This document shows positions 17,650 through 26,311 of a DNA stretch of 64,000 nucleotides, in pieces (within the stretch, counting starts at the first letter, position 1; each line of letters starts with the position of its first letter). The position numbers were made by a program, and so were the translations under genes. This DNA comes from Bacillota bacterium. GTDB lineage: Bacteria; Bacillota; Clostridia; Christensenellales; DTU072. The notes beneath the pieces were generated by a model. It did no database searches and was not told the origin of the DNA. It saw nothing but the letters and a program-made list of their open reading frames with translations. The DNA lies in the NCBI GenBank assembly GCA_023394875.1, contig JAEXAB010000003.1:624602-688601 (forward strand), in the 5' to 3' direction.

Positions 17650-19296
17650 ATGAATTTACTTAACAGATTTTTGGAACGGGAAGAATACTTGGATTACAAT
17701 GATTTTTTCAATAACTGTAAAATTAAAGTTCCCGATAATTTTAATTTCGGTTATGACATCATTGACGAGTATGCAAGACTGGAGCCAAACAAAAGAGCGT
17801 TAGTCTGGTGCAACGATAAGAAAGAGGAAAAGTTTTTCTCCTTTATGGACGTTTCCCTTATTTCCAACAAAATAGCCAACCTCTTTATTAGTCTAGGACT
17901 GAAAAAAGGCGACGTGGTTATGACGATGCTTAACAGAAGGTGGGAATACTGGGTAACCGCCATAGCCTGCCATAAATTAGGCTTGCCTTTGGTACCTGCA
18001 ACGTATATGCTCACTCCCAAGGATATTATTTACCGCGCAAAAAGCGCAGGAGTAAAATGTCTGATTTCCACCAATGAAGAAACGGTACTACATAGCATAA
18101 GAGAAAGTAAAGACGGCTTAGAAGATATTATTCTCTATTCTGTAGCAGACAATGACGGCTTTAGGAATTTTAATAGAGAATTTGAAGTTCAGAGTTCCGA
18201 GCTTACTAAAGTTAATACCGTGCTTGACGATGAGATGTTGATTTACTTTACGTCAGGCACAACGGGCTATCCTAAGATGGTATCACATAATTATTTGTAT
18301 CCTTTGGGACATATCTATAACGCAAAATACTGGCATACCGTTGTTGACGACGGTTTGCACTTTACCGCCGCCGAAACCGGCTGGGCAAAATGCAGTTGGG
18401 GCAAAATTTACGGTCAATGGATAGCGGGTACCGCCATATTCGTATATGATTATTTCGGCAAGTTTGACCCTACCGATTTGTTGGACCATATCCCAAAATA
18501 CCACATCAATACTTTCTGCGCTCCGCCCACTATTTACCGCTACCTCATTAAGTCCGACCTAACGAAGTATGATTTAAGCTCCCTTACTCACTGCTCTACC
18601 GCGGGAGAACCGCTTAACGCCGAAGTTTTCAAGCAGTTCTATAACGCAACGGGCTTAAAAATTTACGAAGGTTACGGTCAGACCGAAACCAGCATAATCT
18701 TAGGTACCTTCAATATGGTGGATATCCGTCCGGGCAGTATGGGCAAGGCTTGTCCTTTGTATGACATACACCTGCTTGACTCCGAAGGTAACGACGTGGA
18801 AAACGGCGAAGTCGGAGAAATTGTTATAAAAATAAGAAAACCGCAATGCGGCTTGCTCTATCAGTATCACGGCAACCCCGAACTTACCGAAAATTTATTA
18901 GGTCAAGGCTATCACCGTACCGGTGACCTTGCTTACCGCGATGAAGACGGATATTATTGGTTTATCGGCAGATCCGACGATATAATAAAATCCAGCGGCT
19001 ACCGTATCGGGCCGTTTGAAGTAGAAAGCGCGCTGCATGAGCATCCCGCCGTATTGGAATGCGCCATAACCGGCGTACCAGACCCCGTACGCGGTCAAAT
19101 TATTAAAGCAACCGTTGTTTTGACTAAGAACTACTCCCCTAGCGAAGAACTGGTCAGAGAACTGCAAGACCACGTGAAAAACACCACCGCGCCCTACAAA
19201 TATCCAAGAATTATTGAATTCGTAACCGAACTTCCCAAAACAATCAGCGGAAAAATCCGCAGAGTGGAAATCCGCAAAAACGACGAATCGAAATAA
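17650..19296 (+). CDS. AMP-forming acyl-CoA synthetase (medium/short-chain type)
   Basis: 548 aa. Adenylate-forming motifs are YFTSGTTGYPKMV, GYGQTE, YRTGD and SGKIRR. Confidence 0.9.
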   Translation: MNLLNRFLEREEYLDYNDFFNNCKIKVPDNFNFGYDIIDEYARLEPNKRALVWCNDKKEEKFFSFMDVSLISNKIANLFISLGLKKGDVVMTMLNRRWEYWVTAIACHKLGLPLVPATYMLTPKDIIYRAKSAGVKCLISTNEETVLHSIRESKDGLEDIILYSVADNDGFRNFNREFEVQSSELTKVNTVLDDEMLIYFTSGTTGYPKMVSHNYLYPLGHIYNAKYWHTVVDDGLHFTAAETGWAKCSWGKIYGQWIAGTAIFVYDYFGKFDPTDLLDHIPKYHINTFCAPPTIYRYLIKSDLTKYDLSSLTHCSTAGEPLNAEVFKQFYNATGLKIYEGYGQTETSIILGTFNMVDIRPGSMGKACPLYDIHLLDSEGNDVENGEVGEIVIKIRKPQCGLLYQYHGNPELTENLLGQGYHRTGDLAYRDEDGYYWFIGRSDDIIKSSGYRIGPFEVESALHEHPAVLECAITGVPDPVRGQIIKATVVLTKNYSPSEELVRELQDHVKNTTAPYKYPRIIEFVTELPKTISGKIRRVEIRKNDESK

Positions 19297-19315
19297 CCTT
19301 TATCTATGTAAAATA

Positions 19316-19344
19316 AAAACGCGCAAAGTAATTTTGCGCGTTTT
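19316..19344. terminator. bidirectional terminator
   Basis: AAAACGCGCAAA-GTAAT-TTTGCGCGTTTT. Confidence 0.85.
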
Positions 19345-19349
19345 TTGTT

Positions 19350-20045
19350 TTATTGGAGGTATTTTTTATAATGAACGTAAAAGTTCTGTCCGTTATCGTC
19401 ATAATAAGCTAGCAATATATTTTTTAAGTCCTTTTTATCCTTAACCTTTAGCCCGTCAAGTAACCATTCTTCGTCTTTGTTGACCATGTTTAGGGATTCT
19501 TCAGATATATTCCCGTCCACTACTAGGTACTGAACTAGCTTTGGCTGAACTTCCTGCGGCAAATTAAAATCTTCCGCAACTACGGGACGTTGGTTGTTCT
19601 TAGGCAGTACGCTAAGTTTTCCGCTGGTCTCAAAAATGGCGTAAGCAATATCTTCCAGATGAAAAAATCCTTTTTCCCTTGCCAGACCGCATAATTCATT
19701 GACGGTAATTTTGCTTTTCTTTAAGTTCTCATAATCCAACTTGCCGTCGTTAATAAGTATAAGCGGCGTGCCGTTGGCAAACTTTTTTAGCATTGCCCCT
19801 TTTCTTCCCAATATTGATATAATTAAGTCAAAAAAGAAAAACGCCGCCATGGCAATAAGATAATGATAGAAGGGCTGATTAAGTTCGGTAGTCATTTCTG
19901 CGGCAATGGAACCAATGCTTATTCCCACTATATAATCAATAAAAGTAAGCTGCGCAAGCTGCTTTTTCCCCAACAGCTTTGCTATAAAAAACAACACCAC
20001 GTAGGCGGTTAATGAAAACACCAAAACCTTGACAATATCATTCAT
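19350..20045 (-). CDS. DUF421/YetF-like membrane protein
   Basis: 231 aa. It has three N-terminal TM helices and a C-terminal soluble domain (ITVNELCGLAREKG..), an architecture I associate with the YetF/DUF421 family. Confidence 0.65.
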   Translation of the reverse strand: MNDIVKVLVFSLTAYVVLFFIAKLLGKKQLAQLTFIDYIVGISIGSIAAEMTTELNQPFYHYLIAMAAFFFFDLIISILGRKGAMLKKFANGTPLILINDGKLDYENLKKSKITVNELCGLAREKGFFHLEDIAYAIFETSGKLSVLPKNNQRPVVAEDFNLPQEVQPKLVQYLVVDGNISEESLNMVNKDEEWLLDGLKVKDKKDLKNILLAYYDDNGQNFYVHYKKYLQ

Positions 20046-20259
20046 AATAAAACCTCATAAATAACTATTGCCAATATTAGAATGCTAATACCCAAGTAAA
20101 CTATTTGTATTATAAAATAGCTTTTGGGTTACCTTAATAACAATTTTTGTTCCCTGTTTTTATATTATTAATATAATATCCATACTTTTCACTATTGCCT
20201 ATTCCTTATTACTTCCAAAAATCGACTATATTATATTGAATAGTGAAGTATGTATAAGT

Positions 20260-20294
20260 AAAATCGACAAGTCTTTTTTACTTGTCGATTTTTT
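20260..20294. terminator. strong hairpin terminator at the distal end of the tmRNA trailer
   Basis: AAAATCGACAAGT-CTTTTTT-ACTTGTCGATTTT, a 13-bp stem with A and T runs on both sides. Confidence 0.8.
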
Positions 20295-20313
20295 GTGGAG
20301 TATTAAATACCAA

Positions 20314-20376
20314 AACCGCAGTCCGAGTCACGCAATAAGGGCGCAAGATGCGCCCTTATACAAGGTTTTGGTGGAG
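20314..20376. repeat. 63-bp direct repeat, copy 1 (tmRNA 3' end plus hairpin)
   Basis: AACCGCAGTCCGAGTCACGCAATAAGGGCGCAAGATGCGCCCTTATACAAGGTTTTGGTGGAG. It differs at 2 positions from copy 2. Confidence 0.9.
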
Positions 20377-20471
20377 TATTCAAGCCCACTCCGCTCTTAA
20401 AAACCTTGGAGAAGGGTTGCAGATTGTGTTCTTATAAGTGCGAGGACAAGGGCGCGTACACAGACGTACGC

Positions 20472-20534
20472 AACCGCAGTCCGAGTCACGCAATAAGGGC
20501 GCAAAATGCGCCCTTATGCAAGGTTTTGGTGGAG
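20472..20534. repeat. 63-bp direct repeat, copy 2 (overlaps the true 3' end of tmRNA)
   Basis: AACCGCAGTCCGAGTCACGCAATAAGGGCGCAAAATGCGCCCTTATGCAAGGTTTTGGTGGAG. The last 8 nt are the complement of the tmRNA CTCCACCA end. Confidence 0.9.
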
Positions 20535-20873
20535 ATGAGGGGACTTGCACCCCTGTTCTTACTTGGTTAAAGAGATTTTTCTACATACTTAGCTTGATTG
20601 AAATTTTGGTCGCAAGTTTCGTCCAAAGAAGCAAACCGAAACCTGTCAAGCCCCTAATACAATTTTGCCGTCGAGGCACATAGCAAAATCGTTCTCTGCT
20701 GTCACACGCCGAAACAAGGCTCGCAGACCTTCCCTGCCCGACGGCTGCCATTAAGCGGCAGCTAACTCTAAATTATTATCTCTAGCGTTTATTTTAATTT
20801 TGCGTTTTTACGAAGACGACCCTTCGGTATGCTTAACCGCCCCTCGCAAGCAAGTCGAATCTAAAACATCCCC
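20527..20873 (-). ncRNA. ssrA: tmRNA (SsrA), 347 nt
   Basis: The minus strand starts GGGGATGTTTTAGATTCGAC.. and ends ..AGGGGTGCAAGTCCCCTCATCTCCACCA (T-arm, G3:U70 acceptor, CCA). The tag frame at 20751-20786 is GCT AGA GAT AAT AAT TTA GAG TTA GCT GCC GCT TAA, giving (A)ARDNNLELAAA. Confidence 0.92.
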
Positions 20874-20894
20874 ATGCCTGTTTTGAACAACTAT

Positions 20895-20923
20895 ATTATA
20901 TGTTTATATATATTATTTGTCAA
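20895..20923 (-). promoter_or_regulatory. sigma-A-type promoter of ssrA
   Basis: Minus strand TTGACA (20923-20918), 17-nt spacer, TATAAT (20900-20895), about 21 nt upstream of the mature 5' end. Confidence 0.65.
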
Positions 20924-20998
20924 TATAAATAAGTTAGTATACATTTTTTGCATAATATTGACTTTGAAACCTGAATATAGTAATATGGTAGAATAAAT

Positions 20999-21799
20999 AT
21001 GTTATTGATATTATCAATCTGCGCAGGCGCAGGCATTATCGGGACCGGTTTAGGCGGGTTAATAGGCACATCTTTGGGCAGTAAAAGCGAAAAAGCTTTA
21101 TGCGGTATACTTTCGTTTTCGGCGGGAGTAATGCTCAGTATAGTTTGTTTTGACCTTATCCCAGAAGCATACGAAATTTACCAAAATATCTATTTTATAC
21201 TAGCCGCCACCGCCGGTGGAATACTTATGGTAGTTATTATTGGATATATTGTGGACAAAATATCGGCAAAAAGTAACGACGGCGTAATCCATAAGCACAA
21301 TCACGCTTGCCCTTGCAACACCGTACCGCAACTTGTTACCAATAAGCCTAACCGCTCCCTTTATCGGGCGGGATTGGTTATGGTACTTGCAATAGCTTTA
21401 CATAATCTGCCCGAAGGCATGGCTATCGGCGCAGGAAGCTCTATTAATCCGGTAAGAGGAGCAATGCTAGCTTTACTAATAGCCATACATAACATACCCG
21501 AAGGAATGAGCATTGCCGCTCCCTTATGCGCAGGCGGAATGAGTAAATTTATGGCGGTATTACTAACCTGTTTAGCCGGCGCCGCCACCGTCGTGGGTGG
21601 AATAATCGGATACCTGGTAAGTTCGGTAAATATGATATTTACGGCAATAAGCCTTGCTTTTGCGGGCGGGGCAATGCTATACGTTACTTTCGGAGAAATA
21701 ATACCCGAAGCCGTTAATTCTGATAAGAACCGTTCCTTTTCCTTTTTTACTATTATAGGGATACTGTTCGGGATACTACTCTGCTACGTACTGATGTGA
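20999..21799 (+). CDS. ZIP-family divalent metal (zinc) transporter
   Basis: 266 aa. It has duplicated HNLPEGMAIG / HNIPEGMSIA metal-binding helices and a His-rich loop HKHNHACPC. Confidence 0.85.
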   Translation: MLLILSICAGAGIIGTGLGGLIGTSLGSKSEKALCGILSFSAGVMLSIVCFDLIPEAYEIYQNIYFILAATAGGILMVVIIGYIVDKISAKSNDGVIHKHNHACPCNTVPQLVTNKPNRSLYRAGLVMVLAIALHNLPEGMAIGAGSSINPVRGAMLALLIAIHNIPEGMSIAAPLCAGGMSKFMAVLLTCLAGAATVVGGIIGYLVSSVNMIFTAISLAFAGGAMLYVTFGEIIPEAVNSDKNRSFSFFTIIGILFGILLCYVLM

Positions 21800-21847
21800 A
21801 ATATAGGCATTATTATGAGATAAAATCAAATTGAAGGAGAACTACAA

Positions 21848-22585
21848 ATGCCCAAAAGTTTTGTAATAATCTATGTTCTAGGCGGGTTGATTGCCGCCGC
21901 GATAATTTTGATGTGCGTTTTCTTTATCGTCAAGTCTTTTGCCAGAGCCAAAGCTATCGGAATGGACACGAAAGTACTCAAAGAGACCATAAAAAACAGC
22001 GCAATCTTCTCCATCGTCCCCAGTATTCCCATAGTAATCGGTATAGGTATTATGATGCAATATTTAGGACTTGCCATACCCTGGATAAGGCTTACCGTAA
22101 TAGGTTCTCTCCAATATGAGCTAATCGCAATGGACCAGGTTGGGCTTACTGCTTCTCAACCCACCCCTGCTTTAATAGCAACGGCGGTTATCGTTATGAC
22201 TTTAAGTATCATAAGCGGTCCTCTTTTCAATGCCATTATCTATAAAAAATATCAAGGCAAACTGGAAGATTTGCAAAAGAAAAATGCAAAACTGATGGAC
22301 ACCGTTACCGGAGCTTTGATGGGCGGACTGCTTGCAGGTATGCTCAGTTCTATATTGGTTGGCGGTATTTTCTCCATCGGAAAACCCGTTGATAATGCCG
22401 GAGGCGCTGTTTCTTACGGAGAAATCGTATTGATAACTTTGGCGTCGAGCGTAATTATTATGGCTCTTTGCGGAGTTATTCTCAAGGTATTCAAGCAAAA
22501 ATGGATAGAAAACTATGCCTTACCTATTACAATACTAGGTTCGCTTGCCATAGCTTACGCTTTTGTCCCCGTCTTTGCAGGTTAA
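21848..22585 (+). CDS. polytopic membrane protein, unknown function
   Basis: 245 aa with about 6 hydrophobic helices. GGAG lies upstream. It is the first of three tightly spaced co-oriented membrane genes. Confidence 0.8.
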   Translation: MPKSFVIIYVLGGLIAAAIILMCVFFIVKSFARAKAIGMDTKVLKETIKNSAIFSIVPSIPIVIGIGIMMQYLGLAIPWIRLTVIGSLQYELIAMDQVGLTASQPTPALIATAVIVMTLSIISGPLFNAIIYKKYQGKLEDLQKKNAKLMDTVTGALMGGLLAGMLSSILVGGIFSIGKPVDNAGGAVSYGEIVLITLASSVIIMALCGVILKVFKQKWIENYALPITILGSLAIAYAFVPVFAG

Positions 22586-22594
22586 GGAGGAATT

Positions 22595-23287
22595 ATGAAG
22601 AACACTCAAAACAACGTAGTAAGAACAAAAGAAGAACACAATCTTCATATGCACACCTTGGGCAGAACGTTTACTTGGGCTCTGTTGGGGCTTATGTTAT
22701 TAGTGCCGGTATTCTATTGCATAGCGGCGAAAGTAACGCCCGATTGGAAGACCTTGGCAAAATGTATACCATTTATGTTAGGTTATGTAGCAATCGGACT
22801 AATCGAAGCCATTAGCTATGCTCCCTTACTTGGCACAAGCGGGCAATATATTTCTTTTATTACCGGCAATATCAGCAATCTTAAACTTCCCTGCGCAGTA
22901 AACGCCCAGAATATTGCTAAGTCAAAACCCGGCAGTGAAGAACAGGAAATACTAACTACCGTAAGTATTGCTGTAAGCAGTATAGTAACGACAATTATAA
23001 TCCTGGTAGGACTAATTCCTCTTGTGTTGTTCCAGGAGCAGATTGTTACTACCCTTAATCCTATTTCACCATACGTTATCCCCGCTATTTTCGGCGGACT
23101 TACTATGGTGCTTGCCGCAAGATACTTCAAAATTGCCGTTATACCCTTTTCGGCGTGTATTATTATCTGTGTAGTTGGTAACTTGTTGAATTTCGGTTCT
23201 GCTTTAAGCCAATCCACAATGATAATAGTCGGCATGGTAATCAGCGGTATTTCTACCACAATATTATACAAAAAGAAAAAACTATAA
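22595..23287 (+). CDS. polytopic membrane protein, unknown function
   Basis: 230 aa. AAGGAGG lies 5 nt upstream. It starts 9 nt after the previous gene and ends 2 nt before the next. Confidence 0.8.
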   Translation: MKNTQNNVVRTKEEHNLHMHTLGRTFTWALLGLMLLVPVFYCIAAKVTPDWKTLAKCIPFMLGYVAIGLIEAISYAPLLGTSGQYISFITGNISNLKLPCAVNAQNIAKSKPGSEEQEILTTVSIAVSSIVTTIIILVGLIPLVLFQEQIVTTLNPISPYVIPAIFGGLTMVLAARYFKIAVIPFSACIIICVVGNLLNFGSALSQSTMIIVGMVISGISTTILYKKKKL

Positions 23288-23289
23288 GA

Positions 23290-24786
23290 ATGACAGATAA
23301 AAAAATATCAAATAAGAAACTATTCGGCATGCTCAGCTATGCCGCCGGAGATACTATGTGCGGCGGAGTTGGGCAAGTAATCAGCGCGTATTATCTCACT
23401 TTTCTACTTTACGTAGTAGGACTTAATCCCATCTTAGCAGGTCTGGTTACCGGTATAGGTAAGTTTTGGGACGGAATATCCGACCCGATTATGGGCGTAG
23501 CCGTTGACCGCACAAGGACAAAGTGGGGCGCCTGCAGACCGTACTTTCTTATCAGCGTAATACCTTTGTTCTTTACATATTTTATGCTTTGGTACGGCTG
23601 GGGCATAGAGGGAGAAATCGGCAAGTTTGTTTATTTTGCCTTTGCATATATCGCTTTTTCCACAGCCTTTACTATAGCCGCCGTGCCTTATGAAGCCTTG
23701 TTGCCGAAGATGATTGACGGCTATCAGGAAAGAACCAACTACAGCTCATTAAGAATGATTTTTTCGGGAGTTGGCTGCGTTTTGAGTACCTATATCTATG
23801 AATGGCTGGTGCCTTCGGCTACGTTGAGCCCCGCAAACATACCGAACTTCCGCAACTTAGGTTTGGTTTTGGGGGTGTTCTTCGCCCTTCCCATGCTTTT
23901 TACTTTCTTCGGGACAAAAGAAAATCCAACCCCTCTTTCCTCTCAGAAAATGACTTTGAAAATGGTGTTATTGCATTACAAAGAGGTTTTACAGAGCAAG
24001 ACTTACCGCAAATATTTTGCCCTTAATTTATGCGGAGCTTTTGTATCCAGCGCTGTTTTGAGTTCTTTAATGGTTTTCCTATACATAACGTACGGTAATA
24101 TACAAAATCTGTTTCTTACGTTCAGCCTTTCCTTTATCGTTATTAATCTAAAAGGTGCAATAGAGATTGCATTCTTCCCTATAAATGTAATTTTGATGAA
24201 AAAATTTAATAAGCACCGCCCGTATCTAATCGATGTACCGCTTATTATCGCTTCTTCAATAATAATACTATTTGTAACCCCCCAAACGCCAATATGGGTA
24301 TTTTTAATAGCTATGGCATTTTTAGGTGCCGGCACATCATGCTTAGGTTTTGTTCCTATGACTTTGCTGCCTGACCTTGCCGACGTCGATGAACTTATAC
24401 ATGGCAAACGCCGTGAAGGAAGTAACGCAGGTCTTACTACCATGGGTAAAAAAATTGTTTCGGGCTTGGCAATTACAGTTTTCGGGCTAATTTTGGGGAT
24501 ATTCGGACTAAATACCAACGGAGGAACGGAAAGTTCCACAGCTGTCGGTACAAACGCAATAGTAGCAGTAAAAATTATGTTCTGCGTTATTCCCCTTGTC
24601 GTCTGTTCGGTAATGCTACTTATTTCCCGCACCTATAAACTGGATGAACGCCGCCACAGCCTTATTAAAAATTTATTAAAGAGAAAAGAAGTGGGCGAAG
24701 AAATAACCTTTACCGAAGAAGAAGTAAAGGCTTGTGAAGAAGTGTCGGGGCATAAATTCGAAACTCTTTGGATTTCCAAAAATTAA
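23290..24786 (+). CDS. glycoside-pentoside-hexuronide (GPH):cation symporter family transporter
   Basis: 498 aa. GPH hallmark: GKFWDGISDPIMGVAVDRTRTKWGACRPY (D-x3-G-x3-DRT-x4-G-x-x-RP). It has about 12 TM helices. Confidence 0.85.
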   Translation: MTDKKISNKKLFGMLSYAAGDTMCGGVGQVISAYYLTFLLYVVGLNPILAGLVTGIGKFWDGISDPIMGVAVDRTRTKWGACRPYFLISVIPLFFTYFMLWYGWGIEGEIGKFVYFAFAYIAFSTAFTIAAVPYEALLPKMIDGYQERTNYSSLRMIFSGVGCVLSTYIYEWLVPSATLSPANIPNFRNLGLVLGVFFALPMLFTFFGTKENPTPLSSQKMTLKMVLLHYKEVLQSKTYRKYFALNLCGAFVSSAVLSSLMVFLYITYGNIQNLFLTFSLSFIVINLKGAIEIAFFPINVILMKKFNKHRPYLIDVPLIIASSIIILFVTPQTPIWVFLIAMAFLGAGTSCLGFVPMTLLPDLADVDELIHGKRREGSNAGLTTMGKKIVSGLAITVFGLILGIFGLNTNGGTESSTAVGTNAIVAVKIMFCVIPLVVCSVMLLISRTYKLDERRHSLIKNLLKRKEVGEEITFTEEEVKACEEVSGHKFETLWISKN

Positions 24787-24973
24787 GCTGAATTACATAG
24801 GTTTTGTCTTCTCCCATACCGAAAAGGTTGTCAACGGTATGTTTGAGCCGTCCGTTTGTTATTTAGTCTTTGTCAATAGCCATTTTTAATAAAGTGCGTC
24901 TTTTGTCTATTGACTTTATTTTCAATATATCCTATAATATGTCAATATACTAAAGTATTAAGGAGTTTTTACT

Positions 24974-25660
24974 ATGCTAGCCGCATTTATGTCTATAATT
25001 GATTGGAACCAATCCCTTCTTGATTTCACAATCAGGCTGGTCGTTGCATCACTCTGCGGCTTTGCAATAGGTTTCGAAAGAAAGACGCGCTCCAAAGAAG
25101 CAGGCATAAGAACTCACGCGATAGTAGCTTTAGCTGCTACTTTGATGATGCTTATTTCCAAATACGGCTTTGTCGAATCGGAGACAAAGGACAGCGCAAG
25201 AATAGCGGCGCAGATTGTTTCGGGCATAGGCTTCTTAGGCGCGGGAATTATCTTCTACAGACGTGATATGCTGCACGGACTTACAACGGCAGCGGGCATT
25301 TGGGCAACAGCCGGTATAGGTATGGCTATAGGCGCAGGCATGGTAGCAACCGGCGTTATCAGCACGGCAATTCTTCTTGTGCTCCAAATATTTCTGCACC
25401 GTCCGATTAAGCTTTTCCGCGGACGTGTCGTAACAATTTTGCGTATGATAGTAAGGGTGGAAAACGAACTGACTGTGGACACAATTCAATATATGTTCTC
25501 GGCAAAAAAGTTTTTGAAATTCAAAACAACTAATTCTAACGGCGATATAATTGCCGAGATAGAACTTTCTACCGACAGAATTTTTACCGCCAAAGAAATT
25601 TACGAAATTGCAAGCACAACTCCTTTTATTATTAACCTGGAGAAGACCGACGAAATATAA
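24974..25660 (+). CDS. mgtC: MgtC/SapB family membrane protein
   Basis: 228 aa. RLVVASLCGFAIGFERKTRSKEAGIRTH and GIWATAGIGMAIGAG are present. A C-terminal ACT-like soluble domain follows. Confidence 0.85.
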   Translation: MLAAFMSIIDWNQSLLDFTIRLVVASLCGFAIGFERKTRSKEAGIRTHAIVALAATLMMLISKYGFVESETKDSARIAAQIVSGIGFLGAGIIFYRRDMLHGLTTAAGIWATAGIGMAIGAGMVATGVISTAILLVLQIFLHRPIKLFRGRVVTILRMIVRVENELTVDTIQYMFSAKKFLKFKTTNSNGDIIAEIELSTDRIFTAKEIYEIASTTPFIINLEKTDEI

Positions 25661-25757
25661 TATATAGATATTATCCCCATAATCCTTGCCCATGTGGCAA
25701 GGATTTTTTTTTGCACATATTAATGTTTTATAACGACAAAATTTTTATGGAGGTATT

Positions 25758-26255
25758 ATGACTAAATGCAAATACAAGGCTGATATGCCTTATCCCGATA
25801 CAATAATAAAAACCCAAAGCATGTATGAAATCCGCCTGCTTATGCCAGTTTACGGAGGCAGAGAAAGCGAAACAACGGCTATTATGAATTATATTTATCA
25901 GAGCTATGTTTTAGCCGAACAATATCCCGAAATAGCCGATTGCCTATTACATATCGGCATGGTGGAAATGGAACATCACGAAATGCTGGGCAAGGCAATA
26001 ACAATGCTTGGCGGCACTCCCTACATTGGTGGCAACCACAGTTATTGGCAAGGGAGCTACGCTAATTACAGCAAGGATATAAAAACCATACTGCAAAACG
26101 ATATAGCTGACGAAAAACAGGCAATACGGGATTATAAAGATATTACACATACTTCCAAAATGCCCGAAATAGTCGTTCTTGTGGAAAGAATAATAGAGGA
26201 CGAAAAGGTCCATATAGAAATACTAACCACCATTATTAATAGTCTAAATAGTTAA
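25758..26255 (+). CDS. ferritin-like / Mn-catalase (CotJC-like) family protein
   Basis: 165 aa. Di-metal ligand blocks are ETTAIMNYIYQSY, GMVEMEHHEML, IADEKQAIRDY and EDEKVHIE. Confidence 0.6.
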   Translation: MTKCKYKADMPYPDTIIKTQSMYEIRLLMPVYGGRESETTAIMNYIYQSYVLAEQYPEIADCLLHIGMVEMEHHEMLGKAITMLGGTPYIGGNHSYWQGSYANYSKDIKTILQNDIADEKQAIRDYKDITHTSKMPEIVVLVERIIEDEKVHIEILTTIINSLNS

Positions 26256-26257
26256 AA

Positions 26258-26285
26258 AGACTGCCTCACAAAAATGAGGCAGTCT
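26258..26285. terminator. bidirectional terminator
   Basis: AGACTGCCTCA-CAAAAA-TGAGGCAGTCT. Confidence 0.85.
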
Positions 26286-26311
26286 TAGTTTTAGTAAAAA
26301 GTTACTTGTTT

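Noticed and set aside
20438-20683. 81-aa ORF on the plus strand
   Set aside because: It lies antisense across the 3' part of the tmRNA gene and the 63-bp repeat. It has no RBS and its composition is driven by the structured RNA.
22816-24632. Minus-strand ORFs 22816..23271 and 24003..24632
   Set aside because: They are antisense within transporter genes whose plus-strand frames carry family motifs and RBSs.
24787-24973. Mg2+ riboswitch (M-box) upstream of mgtC
   Set aside because: The promoter-like TTGACT-17-TATAAT lies only about 30 nt from the RBS, which leaves no room for a ~170-nt M-box, and no M-box consensus blocks were seen.
25235-25693. 152-aa minus-strand ORF
   Set aside because: It is antisense to mgtC and is a Cys/His/Asn-rich translation with no RBS.
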